From: Anaerolineae bacterium
GTDB taxonomy: Bacteria; Chloroflexota; Anaerolineae; UBA1429
Length of the DNA: 64,000 nucleotides
Assembly (NCBI GenBank): GCA_963675785.1
Contig: OY776562.1
Coordinates: forward strand, 1,440,001 to 1,504,000
Direction: 5' to 3'
Under the pieces are notes generated by a model. That model saw nothing but the letters and a program-made list of their open reading frames with translations, was not told the DNA's origin and did no database searches. Of the stretch, positions 36,949 through 47,239 are shown in pieces (position 1 is the stretch's first letter; every line of letters starts with the position of its first letter). The translations under genes were made by a program, and so were the position numbers.

Positions 36949-39900
36949 ATGTCACTTCAAAGAGTTCTTTTATCTCTCGTGCTCATCCTCTCTTTCCTAG
37001 TAAACCCCATATCCGTGATTGCTGATAATAACCAACCTTCTGAAGAATCTATGAGTATTGCAAGCCCGACTGTGGATCCACAAGATACAGAAACCGCCCC
37101 TGAGCAAATACCCGCAGAATTCGATGACCTACCAGAGGATATAATAGCTCCTACTGATCAATCCTCATGCGACGCGACCCTCAAGCTAGAAGCCTCTAGC
37201 ACCACGGTAACGCCAGGAGATACCATCGAACTTTCTTTTGGCCTCTCCTTTGTAACCGAAACCACCCCTGGACAACTAGAAATTGTGCTTCCTAAGGGTG
37301 TATCTGCGAAAGAGCCCTTGATATGGGACATCTCGGAAGATTACGCGCAAACGGTTCAAGTCCAGATAACTGAGGATATCCTCGATCTTGACGAGTTATC
37401 GCTTACCTTTACCCCCAACGACTATGCCTGGCAGCTCGAAGAATCGATCTATTTGACCTGCCTAGGTGAACGTCAGAGTTACATCTTGCAGGATCAAAAG
37501 TCAGTCACCACATCCAATGATCGTTTGGGCGTAGATTTTGGCAAAGCCGATCTTGCCGACTTGTACGTAGAGGTACAGCCTCTTTCCATCGCTCCCTATT
37601 CGGCGCAAACCTCTGATGAAATGCTCTATACCGTAGAGGTAGATGCCTGGTCGTCGGGAGAAAAGGACGCTGCGCTGACCTCTTTTGAGACACCCGTCAC
37701 AATGCGCATCAATATGGATGGCATTGTCGATATTGCCGATTTGCCCACTTATCAGGCCATATTCGCTGGCTATCTCGATGAGGAAACGGGTAAATGGGAG
37801 ATCCTTCCTGCCCACCGCGAGGGCAATACAGTCACCTTTGAGACTAACCACTTTTCGATTTTTGGCGTGGGTACGGTGGACGTGCCAACTACGGGCTGGG
37901 CTCTGGCTTATAACGAGCCTCAGGTCTCGTTGTTCAGCGGCGGCATGACCTATTCCTATCCCATTGAGCTAGTAGCAGGCCGCAACGGCGCCACACCGGA
38001 TGTAACCCTCACCTACAACAGCCGACGTGTCGATGGCATCCTCACCTGGGTGCAGAGCGACTGGGTGGGCATGGGCTGGACGCTCGATACGATGGAGATC
38101 GTGCGCAAGATCACGCCAGACTATGCGCCCGCTTCTTCCAACTATATGGATTATTCCTGGTTGTGGGGCTACACCTACTGGGAAAACGAGTTCGTGCTGA
38201 TGTACCAGGGTACGGCGTACACCTTGATACCACAACAAAGTAATCGTGCTTACGGATTGTACTCTTGCGAAGACGAACAGTTCCTCAGGATTCAGCGCTT
38301 TAGCAACGTTACCGGATGTACTGGAAGCTCGGCTAACGCAACCGGTGAATACTGGATCGTTACGACAAAAGATGGCACTCAGTACCAATTGGGATACAAC
38401 GCTGACTCTGAACAAACAGTGAGCATGAACTCCAGCATCTATCAAGTACCCGCCAACCCCAACGAAAGCAACTATGCTGGCCAGGTTAGCGGCAAAGTGA
38501 CCTATCGCTGGCGGCTGGACAAGATAACCTATCTCAATGGAGAACGCATCACTTACGAGTACGCCGAATCAGCTATTACCAGCGGCAGCGCCCAGCGTGA
38601 ATACGCCAGCTATTTGACTGCGATTCGCTACAACTATACGAACTCTACCAGCTACAACAACAGCGTGCTCTTTGACCGCGCCCTGCGCAGCAGCGATAGC
38701 GTTGGCGATACCGATACCAGCACCGATTACTACTATCAGGATTACTATTTACGGGGCATCCGGGTGCAATCTTGGAATACCAGCACCCAGGGCTATGAAA
38801 CGATACGTGAATACCGCCTCAGCTATCAAAAGCAGGCCGTCAACTCGGGAGAGCACGATCCCCATCTGCGCCTGCTGACCAGCATCCAGGAATACGGACG
38901 CGGCGGATATGGAAGCAGTTCGTCTTTGCCCGCCACAACCTTTAGCTACACGCGATACGAGAACAAGACAGCCTGTTCCACCTGTACCCACTGGTTCGTG
39001 CCCACGCAGGAATGGCAACAAGAGTGTTTCCGCTATAGTCGACTGACTGCCATCAACAACGGCTATCATGGGACGACAGAGCTTGGCTATGAAACACCCG
39101 ATAGTGGTTGGTGGCATGCCCAAAACTATCGTGTCATAACGACGACCGTTAGCGACGGTCAGGGGGGCGGCTATCGGTACGCCTACTGCTATCCCTCCGC
39201 GCTGACTGACAGAGGTTACGACCTCGATGATACCTATGGATGTGACTATTACTCCTCCGGTGAGGAAACAGGAGACACACTCGTAGGTTATCATTGGGTA
39301 ATAGTGGATACGCAAGATATCAGTGGAAATACTTTGAGTAAATCCTCAACCGAATTCCGTATGAACTCTACGGCGAATCCAGATCGTTCAGTAGGAAGAG
39401 TTTATGTACTTATCGACTATGTTGAGACTGCTACAGGCTGGCTGACCTACAACAAGCAGATCAACACTTACACGACAAATACAACAACTTTCTCGAGCGG
39501 TGCCAGCTCATATTTCGTTGGACAATCCCAAGCAACGTATTATCGCTATGACGATGGATCTGAAAGGCACTGGGCCACACAATACTGGTACGACAATTAC
39601 GGAAATGTATCACAAATCCGCGAGTACAGCGACTTTGACGTCGAAACCCTCTATCGGTGCACGTATATCAATTATGCCTATAACACGGGCAGTTGGATCG
39701 TCTCGCTACCCTGTTCAACCGAAGTGTTCAACGGTTTCATGTCCCAGATCAGTGGCACCTATATCTATTATGACAACACTACCACTCTAGGTGCTGCTCC
39801 TAGTCAGGGTTTGGTAACCAAGACCGCTCGCTGGAATGGTACAGTACAACAGCAAACTACTGAACAGATACGCTACATTACCGTAGCTGGAGGCATCTCG

Positions 39901-42900
39901 GTTCCAGACCGTACGACAGATGCCCATGATAAACACACCACCGTAACCTACGCCCGCGACGGGTTAATCGTCACCAGCATCACCAACTCGGAAGGGCACG
40001 TCACAACTTATTCGTACGATCCAGGCACCATGCAAGTGACGAGGGTCAACGGGCCCAATACCGATGACAGCAACTGGGAAGCCAATCGCACTACCGCGCA
40101 TCTCCATGATATCACCGACTATCAATACGATGTCTTTGGACGACTGACGGCCATTATCGAACCTGGTGATACGCCATCCTACCCGACAAAGGTTATTACC
40201 TATAACGACACTGCGAACCCCTTGACGATTCGCACCTATCAGCGCATTGATTCCAACAGCTCTGCCACTTATAGCACCATCAGCGTCTACGATGGCCTGG
40301 GGAGGCTCATTCAGGAAAACAGCATCCCCTCAGATAACTCTAGTGCCATTGTTCATGCCTACACCTACTCACCCCTCGGGGTTGCCCGAGAATACGAACC
40401 TTTTTCCGCCAGTTACTCCACTGGCAAGATCACCATTCCCTCTGGCACGGCCTATACCTCGTACACGTATGATGATCTAGGACGGGTGACGGAGATCGCG
40501 TCTCCAGACGGCACCTCCACCACCTATGCTTACAAATCGACGAACACCACTTTCAAGACCATCTGCATCGATGCCAACGGCCATCAAACCATGACCGAAC
40601 AGGACATCTGGGGACACACAGTAGCCAGTCATGAGTATGAGGGAACATTCTCCACCCCTAACTGGAGCGCTAGCGCCTACAATACTGTGACCTATACCTA
40701 CGATGCGCTCGACCACCTTCTCAGTTCCGATGATGGCCCATCGGAAACGACCATGGAATATGATGATCTGGGGCGCAAAATCATGCTAGTCGATCCCGAT
40801 TTGGGGACATGGTACTATGCCTATGACACAATGGATCGCCTTATTGGCCAAGAGGATGCTCGAAATCAATGGACCTATTACTATTACGATGATCTAGGGC
40901 GTTTGATAGGGGAATATTGTCCACCTAGTACGCCGTCTCCCACTCTATTCAATCAAGGGAACTACAGCAATTCGCAGAGTCTCTGCACTGTAACATACCA
41001 TTACGACAACAATGATCCCGGGAATATGGGTGTGGGGCAATTACACTATGTAGAAAATGGGGATGGCTCTCACAGCTATGAATACGATGGCCGTGGTCGA
41101 GTGCTTACTGAGACAAGAGTCACTTACGACAGTAATCATAATGACGAATCTTCTCTATCTCTTAGAAGATTGCTTAACTCGGCTAACCAAATAACTTGCA
41201 AGCTGTTCACTGATCACTTTGATAGTCGTGCTTATATTTTTAACTTGTTCTACACCTATGATAACTACGGTCGTCTGGACACCATGGCGGACTCACAGTC
41301 AACCCCGGGTACCTCCAGCGCCGCCTACAATGCTTACGGACTCTTGGATACCCTTTCGGATTCGAAGACAATCTCTATCTCCAGCACCGATGATTACGAC
41401 GCTTACGCACGCCTAGTTCCCCCCCAACCGACTTCGACAATCTATGTCTCCAATGCTGATTATGACGTTTACGGACGCCTGACCAGCCTAGTCTACGGCA
41501 ACGGTACCAGTACAACATACACCTACAACAGCCCAACGGTAGACGGCGGACGACTGGCCTCCATCACCAGTGTCAAATACTTCCCAAGCACTTCCATTCA
41601 AAATCTAGTCTACGACTATGACAACGTCGGCAACGTCACCCAGATCATCAATCATTGTGCGCCCGGCGGTACCCAAACCACCAACTACACCTACGATGAA
41701 CTGGATCGACTATCAAGCGCCGTAGCTACCGGTGGCAGCAATACTTATAGTTATGCATGGACCTACGAACAGAACGGCAATATTGCCTCTCTGAATAGCA
41801 GTGCATGGAGCTACAACGCTGACCCTGACCACGGTGTCTCCACAGCCCAGGCAAGTAGTGCCAATTTTTCTCAGATCAATTATGGCTATGATCTGAACGG
41901 TAACGTAGTTTCCAGAAGTGTCCTTGCGACTTTGGGTGGAACAACTACCACCTACCAGTACAGCTATGACGAACAGAACGAGCTGGAGAGTATAACACGT
42001 AACAGTGCTTCTCTTGCCGCCTTTGGGGTGTTGGAGGGCGAATTACTCAAGAGTACTGTCAATGGCACCACCACCTACTATATCGGCAGCGATGCCGAAT
42101 ACAGCCAAGGCAGTAGCCTTGTTCGAACATACAATTGCTACTTTGGCGACCAGCTGGTGGCTGTGCAAGAGGTGGTCGGAAATCCTATATTCCCAAGTAG
42201 CACCAACCTCACCTATCTCTACCATGATCACCTGGGCTCCACCACTGTAGCCATCGACGCCACCACCAGCAAGGCCCAATACCTACCTTACGGCGGCCGC
42301 CTGGACAGCGTCGACCTGGGAACCAGCTACACCTACACCGGTCAACAAGCCCTCGACGGCCTGGACATCCTCAACTATGGTGCCCGCTGGTACGATCCCC
42401 TCACCGGCCGCTTTTTGCAGCCCGATACCATTGTGCCCCAGCCCTTCAACCCTCAGAGCTTGAATCGCTATGCGTACTGCTTGAACAACCCAATCAAGTA
42501 CACGGATCCTACGGGGCATGGTCCCTTCGAGGTGCTTGAGACTTTGGTGGGTGAGATAAACTACCTTGGAGTCGAAGAATATGAGATATTTGACATTATG
42601 AGTGATGGTGATCTTGCACTGGCTTCTCAGATCTTCTCTCTAGTAGAAGCCGCCGGCCTTGAGCAAATGACAAACTGGTACCTATCTAGAGATAGTTTAG
42701 CACGATCCCAATTGGGATGTGCCCTGTTTACCTACATCGCTTTCGGAGAAATGGGGAAACGAGCATCTTCTGCCAGTTTAGTATTCTGTGGCTCATTGGT
42801 CAGAGGTGCCGATGGTGGGCGGATTGCTGAAGAAAACCCCTGGGTTCCTGTGGGCACAATTGCGTTTAACGACAGATTGATTGAAGGAGAATTAGCCTCT

Positions 42901-43146
42901 GGTGCTTTCGAAACTCTGTTTAGAACGATCGCACACGAGTTGCAGCACTTAGCAGATTGGACGTTCATTGTTCCTTCCAAAAAGACCGGGTATATTTCGG
43001 ATGAGAATATGGAAATCTATTCGGGATTGCGAGAATCCTATGTAAATCCTAATGAGCAGCCATATGAGGCATATCGGACACAATTAGTCGAATCTAGAGC
43101 CTGGGATAACGAAGATATCTGGATGGAAAGTACCTTTGGTCACTAA
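36949..43146 (+). CDS. Sec-exported RHS/YD-repeat polymorphic toxin with SpvB-like domain and C-terminal HExxH metallopeptidase
   Basis: Signal peptide and NHFS motif. SpvB/TcB-like YSYPIELVAGRNGATPDVTLTYNS...GMGW. Many YD repeats. RHS core YTGQ..YGARWYDP..GRFLQPD..LNRYAYCLNNPIKYTDPTG. Tip contains AHELQH. Confidence 0.9.
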   Translation: MSLQRVLLSLVLILSFLVNPISVIADNNQPSEESMSIASPTVDPQDTETAPEQIPAEFDDLPEDIIAPTDQSSCDATLKLEASSTTVTPGDTIELSFGLSFVTETTPGQLEIVLPKGVSAKEPLIWDISEDYAQTVQVQITEDILDLDELSLTFTPNDYAWQLEESIYLTCLGERQSYILQDQKSVTTSNDRLGVDFGKADLADLYVEVQPLSIAPYSAQTSDEMLYTVEVDAWSSGEKDAALTSFETPVTMRINMDGIVDIADLPTYQAIFAGYLDEETGKWEILPAHREGNTVTFETNHFSIFGVGTVDVPTTGWALAYNEPQVSLFSGGMTYSYPIELVAGRNGATPDVTLTYNSRRVDGILTWVQSDWVGMGWTLDTMEIVRKITPDYAPASSNYMDYSWLWGYTYWENEFVLMYQGTAYTLIPQQSNRAYGLYSCEDEQFLRIQRFSNVTGCTGSSANATGEYWIVTTKDGTQYQLGYNADSEQTVSMNSSIYQVPANPNESNYAGQVSGKVTYRWRLDKITYLNGERITYEYAESAITSGSAQREYASYLTAIRYNYTNSTSYNNSVLFDRALRSSDSVGDTDTSTDYYYQDYYLRGIRVQSWNTSTQGYETIREYRLSYQKQAVNSGEHDPHLRLLTSIQEYGRGGYGSSSSLPATTFSYTRYENKTACSTCTHWFVPTQEWQQECFRYSRLTAINNGYHGTTELGYETPDSGWWHAQNYRVITTTVSDGQGGGYRYAYCYPSALTDRGYDLDDTYGCDYYSSGEETGDTLVGYHWVIVDTQDISGNTLSKSSTEFRMNSTANPDRSVGRVYVLIDYVETATGWLTYNKQINTYTTNTTTFSSGASSYFVGQSQATYYRYDDGSERHWATQYWYDNYGNVSQIREYSDFDVETLYRCTYINYAYNTGSWIVSLPCSTEVFNGFMSQISGTYIYYDNTTTLGAAPSQGLVTKTARWNGTVQQQTTEQIRYITVAGGISVPDRTTDAHDKHTTVTYARDGLIVTSITNSEGHVTTYSYDPGTMQVTRVNGPNTDDSNWEANRTTAHLHDITDYQYDVFGRLTAIIEPGDTPSYPTKVITYNDTANPLTIRTYQRIDSNSSATYSTISVYDGLGRLIQENSIPSDNSSAIVHAYTYSPLGVAREYEPFSASYSTGKITIPSGTAYTSYTYDDLGRVTEIASPDGTSTTYAYKSTNTTFKTICIDANGHQTMTEQDIWGHTVASHEYEGTFSTPNWSASAYNTVTYTYDALDHLLSSDDGPSETTMEYDDLGRKIMLVDPDLGTWYYAYDTMDRLIGQEDARNQWTYYYYDDLGRLIGEYCPPSTPSPTLFNQGNYSNSQSLCTVTYHYDNNDPGNMGVGQLHYVENGDGSHSYEYDGRGRVLTETRVTYDSNHNDESSLSLRRLLNSANQITCKLFTDHFDSRAYIFNLFYTYDNYGRLDTMADSQSTPGTSSAAYNAYGLLDTLSDSKTISISSTDDYDAYARLVPPQPTSTIYVSNADYDVYGRLTSLVYGNGTSTTYTYNSPTVDGGRLASITSVKYFPSTSIQNLVYDYDNVGNVTQIINHCAPGGTQTTNYTYDELDRLSSAVATGGSNTYSYAWTYEQNGNIASLNSSAWSYNADPDHGVSTAQASSANFSQINYGYDLNGNVVSRSVLATLGGTTTTYQYSYDEQNELESITRNSASLAAFGVLEGELLKSTVNGTTTYYIGSDAEYSQGSSLVRTYNCYFGDQLVAVQEVVGNPIFPSSTNLTYLYHDHLGSTTVAIDATTSKAQYLPYGGRLDSVDLGTSYTYTGQQALDGLDILNYGARWYDPLTGRFLQPDTIVPQPFNPQSLNRYAYCLNNPIKYTDPTGHGPFEVLETLVGEINYLGVEEYEIFDIMSDGDLALASQIFSLVEAAGLEQMTNWYLSRDSLARSQLGCALFTYIAFGEMGKRASSASLVFCGSLVRGADGGRIAEENPWVPVGTIAFNDRLIEGELASGAFETLFRTIAHELQHLADWTFIVPSKKTGYISDENMEIYSGLRESYVNPNEQPYEAYRTQLVESRAWDNEDIWMESTFGH

Positions 43147-43161
43147 CAGGCCTGAAGGAGA

Positions 43162-44331
43162 GTGGAAGTGAAAACGAGAAGAATCTTACTCGTTCTAGTG
43201 CCACTAGTATTTGTTATCCTTATTACTCTCAATTTCAATATCGGAAAACTGAGCTGGAAGCTGGCCTCGCGCAATTTCGATGGCTGGGATATCGACGCCA
43301 CCAGCGAAGACAACATCGTTCTGGTAGGCAACCGCATCTTGCACTACAACGGCCTCTTTTGGTATAGAGGTCGCTCCCTCTCTGGTCGTGCTATTGGCCA
43401 TAAACCTGTTCTTTCTGAGTATGCTCAAGAAATGAATTTTGATTGGCCTACCGTACAGTGGTTTGAGCCCTATCTGAATGATGTTGATACATATGATAAC
43501 AATCATATCTATGCCGTAGGTAAAGCGGGTATCCTGCGCTACAACGGCTTCTGGTGGTCGTCTATGCCCGTCGCTGAAGGTCTTGATCCTCATCCTTACG
43601 AGATTTGGGCACAGAGTCCCGATAGCATCTATGCTCTCGATGAAGAACTGGGTGCCCTTTATTGGGATGGAAAGCAATGGGATACGCTGTCCTTTCCCAT
43701 CCAAGGTGAAATCGACATCGCCGCCATAGGCGGTACAGACGAGTGTATGATCATCACCGGTAGCTACAAGGCTTTAGAAAACTCGGATAGTTTTGTCCTG
43801 ATCCGGGAGAACGACATCTGGCATAGCGCGAATATCTCTTCACTGGAGGCTGGAATTGAGCTGAGTTCCTACAACGATGGCTCTTTGGAATTTGATCATG
43901 TTTGGGGGCTGGAAGATGGAAGAATCGTCGTCAGCCTTGCTGAGCCTCTCCGATTCCCTCCATTTTTGGATCTATCCTGTAGGAGACTGCTGTGCTACGA
44001 CCAAGGTGTGTGGTCTTTCTTTGAAGCGCCAGACAAGACCTTCTATAGCGCCTGGTGGTTTAGGCCCTTATATGTGTCTACTGACGAACAAGATTGTTTG
44101 CTCGTCTGCACGGATTACAGCGAACGAATGCGCCAGATCACGGACGAAAATGGCAATCTCGTCTGGCAGTCCATTGATGATGAGAACACTCTTTTTAGCG
44201 GCGTAGGCACACTACTGGATAATGAGAATTTACTCATCTATGGAGGAGAATCGGAAAGAGTCATAAGCACGGCGGGGACTCGCCTAATCGAGCCTCCTTG
44301 TTATGTAAATCACATTGAGCTAGCCTGGTGA
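43162..44331 (+). CDS. Membrane-anchored beta-propeller-like protein, paralog 1 (candidate cognate immunity)
   Basis: AAGGAG RBS, 15 bp after the toxin. N-terminal TM. Repeats of IYAVG..GILxYNG..W. Ends ELAW. Confidence 0.75.
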   Translation: MEVKTRRILLVLVPLVFVILITLNFNIGKLSWKLASRNFDGWDIDATSEDNIVLVGNRILHYNGLFWYRGRSLSGRAIGHKPVLSEYAQEMNFDWPTVQWFEPYLNDVDTYDNNHIYAVGKAGILRYNGFWWSSMPVAEGLDPHPYEIWAQSPDSIYALDEELGALYWDGKQWDTLSFPIQGEIDIAAIGGTDECMIITGSYKALENSDSFVLIRENDIWHSANISSLEAGIELSSYNDGSLEFDHVWGLEDGRIVVSLAEPLRFPPFLDLSCRRLLCYDQGVWSFFEAPDKTFYSAWWFRPLYVSTDEQDCLLVCTDYSERMRQITDENGNLVWQSIDDENTLFSGVGTLLDNENLLIYGGESERVISTAGTRLIEPPCYVNHIELAW

Positions 44332-44356
44332 TAAGGGGCACTCTCTTTTACCAAAT

Positions 44357-44389
44357 CAAAGGGCAGCCATGAATTGTGGCTGCCCTTTG
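44357..44389 (+). terminator. Hairpin; intergenic segment homologous to 47119-47215
   Basis: caaagggcagccat/gtggctgccctttg. The related hairpin aaggggcaaccata/tatggttgcccctt is at 47119-47149, with similar downstream sequence. Confidence 0.65.
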
Positions 44390-44476
44390 GCTATTCGCAA
44401 TCATTGAAGCCACGCCCCACAAGGGAACCAATAAAACCATAATCTCATCCCAAAATACCATAGTAAAAGGAGGCAT

Positions 44477-44815
44477 TTGATGATTGATCCATATGAGAAG
44501 GCACTCGCAGCGCTGAATACCCTGGGCGAAAGCTTGTTCTATGATCAATCGATCGAAGAAGCAATTGAGAGCCTCAAGCATCTCTGTGCCGATGAGAGTG
44601 ATCCGGTTCACGCAATGAGACGAACCTCCTGGGATGACCTCGTCGATCACATGGACTATGTACTCAAGAACTGTGATGATGCGACTCTGAATGAGCTTAT
44701 GGAAAAATACTTTGGTCTCTACTCCAATCGTTACATAGGGGGCGGGCGGGCGTTTTTCCAAATGGTCCAACAGGTCATGATTGATGCCTTGGCGGATAGG
44801 CGAAGCAAATTCTAG
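44477..44815 (+). CDS. Small acidic helical hypothetical protein (candidate orphan immunity protein)
   Basis: Strong AAGGAGG RBS. 112 aa. Located in the toxin locus. Confidence 0.65.
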   Translation: MMIDPYEKALAALNTLGESLFYDQSIEEAIESLKHLCADESDPVHAMRRTSWDDLVDHMDYVLKNCDDATLNELMEKYFGLYSNRYIGGGRAFFQMVQQVMIDALADRRSKF

Positions 44816-45076
44816 CGTTGCCGTCTGTGCCTGAGCCATGACGGTGAATCGTTTGTGATTCGCCGTCTGGTGCAAAGCTCAGTTATAGTGTGCCCGAGGG
44901 CTAGTTGTCTATATCGCTGGCCCTCTCTAGTCATCACGTTTCGGAAACAGCATGGAGGACCTTCGCCTAAGTGTTCGTGGATGGCGTCTAGGGAATATGA
45001 TCGCATCTGGTCAGTTGAGTTCCAACAAAGAATTGGCTAATTGGATGGCCTTCAACGTGGCGGGAGATTGATTTCG

Positions 45077-45625
45077 ATGAGAATCAAGTTAGATACTCAA
45101 ATTGAGAAGCAGAAGTTGCCTACATGGCGTATTGTGTTACAAGGCGCCTGGCTAGGTGTAGTTGGCGGAATAGTCGCATCACTTTTGATCTCAATCGCAG
45201 TGCTAGCCTGGGAAAGCTTGGGGCTGAAGGGAGATTCTAATTTTTTAGATATAATAGAGTCGATACTTGTTTTTACTGTTATCTTTTCCTTTCCCATCGC
45301 GTTCATTATCATCTCGCCCTTTTCATTATGTGCAGGAATTACCATCGCTTTGTTGCTTGAAAAAAAACCTCTAGAGAACCTACACAAGATTGGAATCCGA
45401 ATCGGAGCCATCGTCGGAGCTGTATTCGGTTTAGTCAGCTTTGGCACTGTAGAAGCTGGATTATGGAAGGATCAGGTTCTTAGCTTTACGGCCGGAACTT
45501 GGTATTCATTCTTTTCGCCTCTCTCGTTGTTGATTTTCATAATCGGAGCATTGACAGGAGGAGCTCACGGTTGGCTTACTGCTCGCTGGCTAGAGAAGAA
45601 ACGTGCTTTGCAAGAGCCTACATAA
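45077..45625 (+). CDS. Hypothetical four-TM membrane protein
   Basis: GGGAG RBS. Four hydrophobic Gly-rich segments. AT-rich. Confidence 0.65.
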   Translation: MRIKLDTQIEKQKLPTWRIVLQGAWLGVVGGIVASLLISIAVLAWESLGLKGDSNFLDIIESILVFTVIFSFPIAFIIISPFSLCAGITIALLLEKKPLENLHKIGIRIGAIVGAVFGLVSFGTVEAGLWKDQVLSFTAGTWYSFFSPLSLLIFIIGALTGGAHGWLTARWLEKKRALQEPT

Positions 45626-45648
45626 ACCAATACCCTTGTACCATGAGC

Positions 45649-45704
45649 AACTCATATAGAGCACAGTCCTCAGCTAACGCTGAGGACTGTGCTCTATATG
45701 AGTT
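45649..45704. repeat. Perfect 26-bp inverted repeat with 4-nt loop
   Basis: aactcatatagagcacagtcctcagc-taac-gctgaggactgtgctctatatgagtt. Confidence 0.95.
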
Positions 45705-45801
45705 TATCTATACAAAATACATATTATGCTTGCTAGCTCAATACAACTATGTTAACATTTCACATCACGCTAAAAATATGCTCAAAGAGGAGCCTCCTCT
45801 C

Positions 45802-47007
45802 ATGGCAGACACATCCACACCTAACAAACGCCACTGGTGGTTGGTGCCGCTTGCTTTAGTAATGCTTGCCGCCCTACTTGTGGCAGATATCTATCTCCTC
45901 AAGCCAACTATCGAAAAGCTGAGCTGGAAGCTGGCCTCGCGCAATTTCGATGGCTGGGATATCACTTCCACCAGCGAAGACAACATCGTGCTGGTAGGAA
46001 GTCACATTCTGCACTACAACGGCCTATTCTGGTATCGCGCACCTTTTCCTTTGCGCCTTGTCACAGGAGAACGTCGCGGGCAAGTGTATGAGTACGAAAA
46101 CCCTGATGAAATAGAATGGCCTACATTTCGAGCCTATTCTCCCTATCTTGAAACCGTTACTGCGTATGATAACACGCATATTTATGCCGTTGGCGCCGCA
46201 GGTATTTTACGCTACAACGGACTTTGGTGGGCCTCTATGCCAGTTGTCAAAGGGCTCGATCCTCACCCTTACGAGATCTGGGTGCAAAATCCAGATAATA
46301 TCTATGCTCTCGATATAGAACTCGGTGTACTCTACTGGAACGGTCAACAGTGGAATACCCTATCATTGCCGGTTCCGGAGAGTTTCCAAGCTTATGCCAT
46401 CGGAGGTACTGAGGAGACTCCCGTGATTACCGGCCTTTCTGGCACATACTCATACGGAAAAGCTGATGAACGCGTACAAGCCATACTGATCAAGGAAGGA
46501 GATACTTGGAGCAGCATAGATATCACGTCCTTCTTTGAGGATTTTGAACCCGATGATGATGGCAGCGCTCTAGTACCTCTTTACGTGTGGGGACAAGACG
46601 ATGGGAGAATCATCATCGGCATTTACGAACCTATCCATATAACACCCTATATATATCGGTTATGCAGATACATGCTCTGCTACAATGAAGGAATGTGGAC
46701 AGATATCGAACCACCAGACCTAACTCTCTATAATAGCTACCTTGCAACACTTACACATGTCTCTAGTGATCAAGAAGGATATCTGCTAGCCTATACCAAT
46801 TACAGAGAGCAAATGCGGCAAGTTCCGGATCTGGCCGCAGATAGCGAGATTTACTGGGAGTCGACTACAGAGTCCATTCAAAATAACCTGGGGGCATATG
46901 TTTTTTTGAACAACGAACAAATGATCATGTACGGTGGTGAGATTGATCCGCAAGGATTGTATTCGCACGGCCCTTGTGCAGTTTATTCCTATGAACTAGC
47001 CTGGTGA
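45802..47007 (+). CDS. Beta-propeller-like paralog 2
   Basis: MADTSTPNKRHWWLVPL leader, KLSWKLASRNFDGWDI. Ends YELAW. Confidence 0.8.
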   Translation: MADTSTPNKRHWWLVPLALVMLAALLVADIYLLKPTIEKLSWKLASRNFDGWDITSTSEDNIVLVGSHILHYNGLFWYRAPFPLRLVTGERRGQVYEYENPDEIEWPTFRAYSPYLETVTAYDNTHIYAVGAAGILRYNGLWWASMPVVKGLDPHPYEIWVQNPDNIYALDIELGVLYWNGQQWNTLSLPVPESFQAYAIGGTEETPVITGLSGTYSYGKADERVQAILIKEGDTWSSIDITSFFEDFEPDDDGSALVPLYVWGQDDGRIIIGIYEPIHITPYIYRLCRYMLCYNEGMWTDIEPPDLTLYNSYLATLTHVSSDQEGYLLAYTNYREQMRQVPDLAADSEIYWESTTESIQNNLGAYVFLNNEQMIMYGGEIDPQGLYSHGPCAVYSYELAW

Positions 47008-47239
47008 AAGCCACAGAAGCCCCAATCACCAAATCCGCCCGCCTGATCATCATCAAGGGTTGACAGAGGGAGGATCAACCTAAAGGCGGTAGAGTTAGTG
47101 TAGTTCGAGCAAAACCTAAAGGGGCAACCATAAAATATGGTTGCCCCTTGCTATTAACAATATTGAAGCCATATCTCACACGATAACTGATCAAACCATA
47201 ATATAGCTATAAAAATAGTTCACCAACTCAGGGGGAAAC

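Noticed and set aside
36949-43146. T6SS effector or complete Tc (ABC) toxin
   Set aside because: No PAAR, VgrG or TcA gene is present in the window, and the protein has a Sec-type signal peptide.
45499-45801. 101-aa N-terminal extension of paralog 2
   Set aside because: It overlaps the upstream gene and the palindrome. Paralog alignment and the RBS support ATG 45802.
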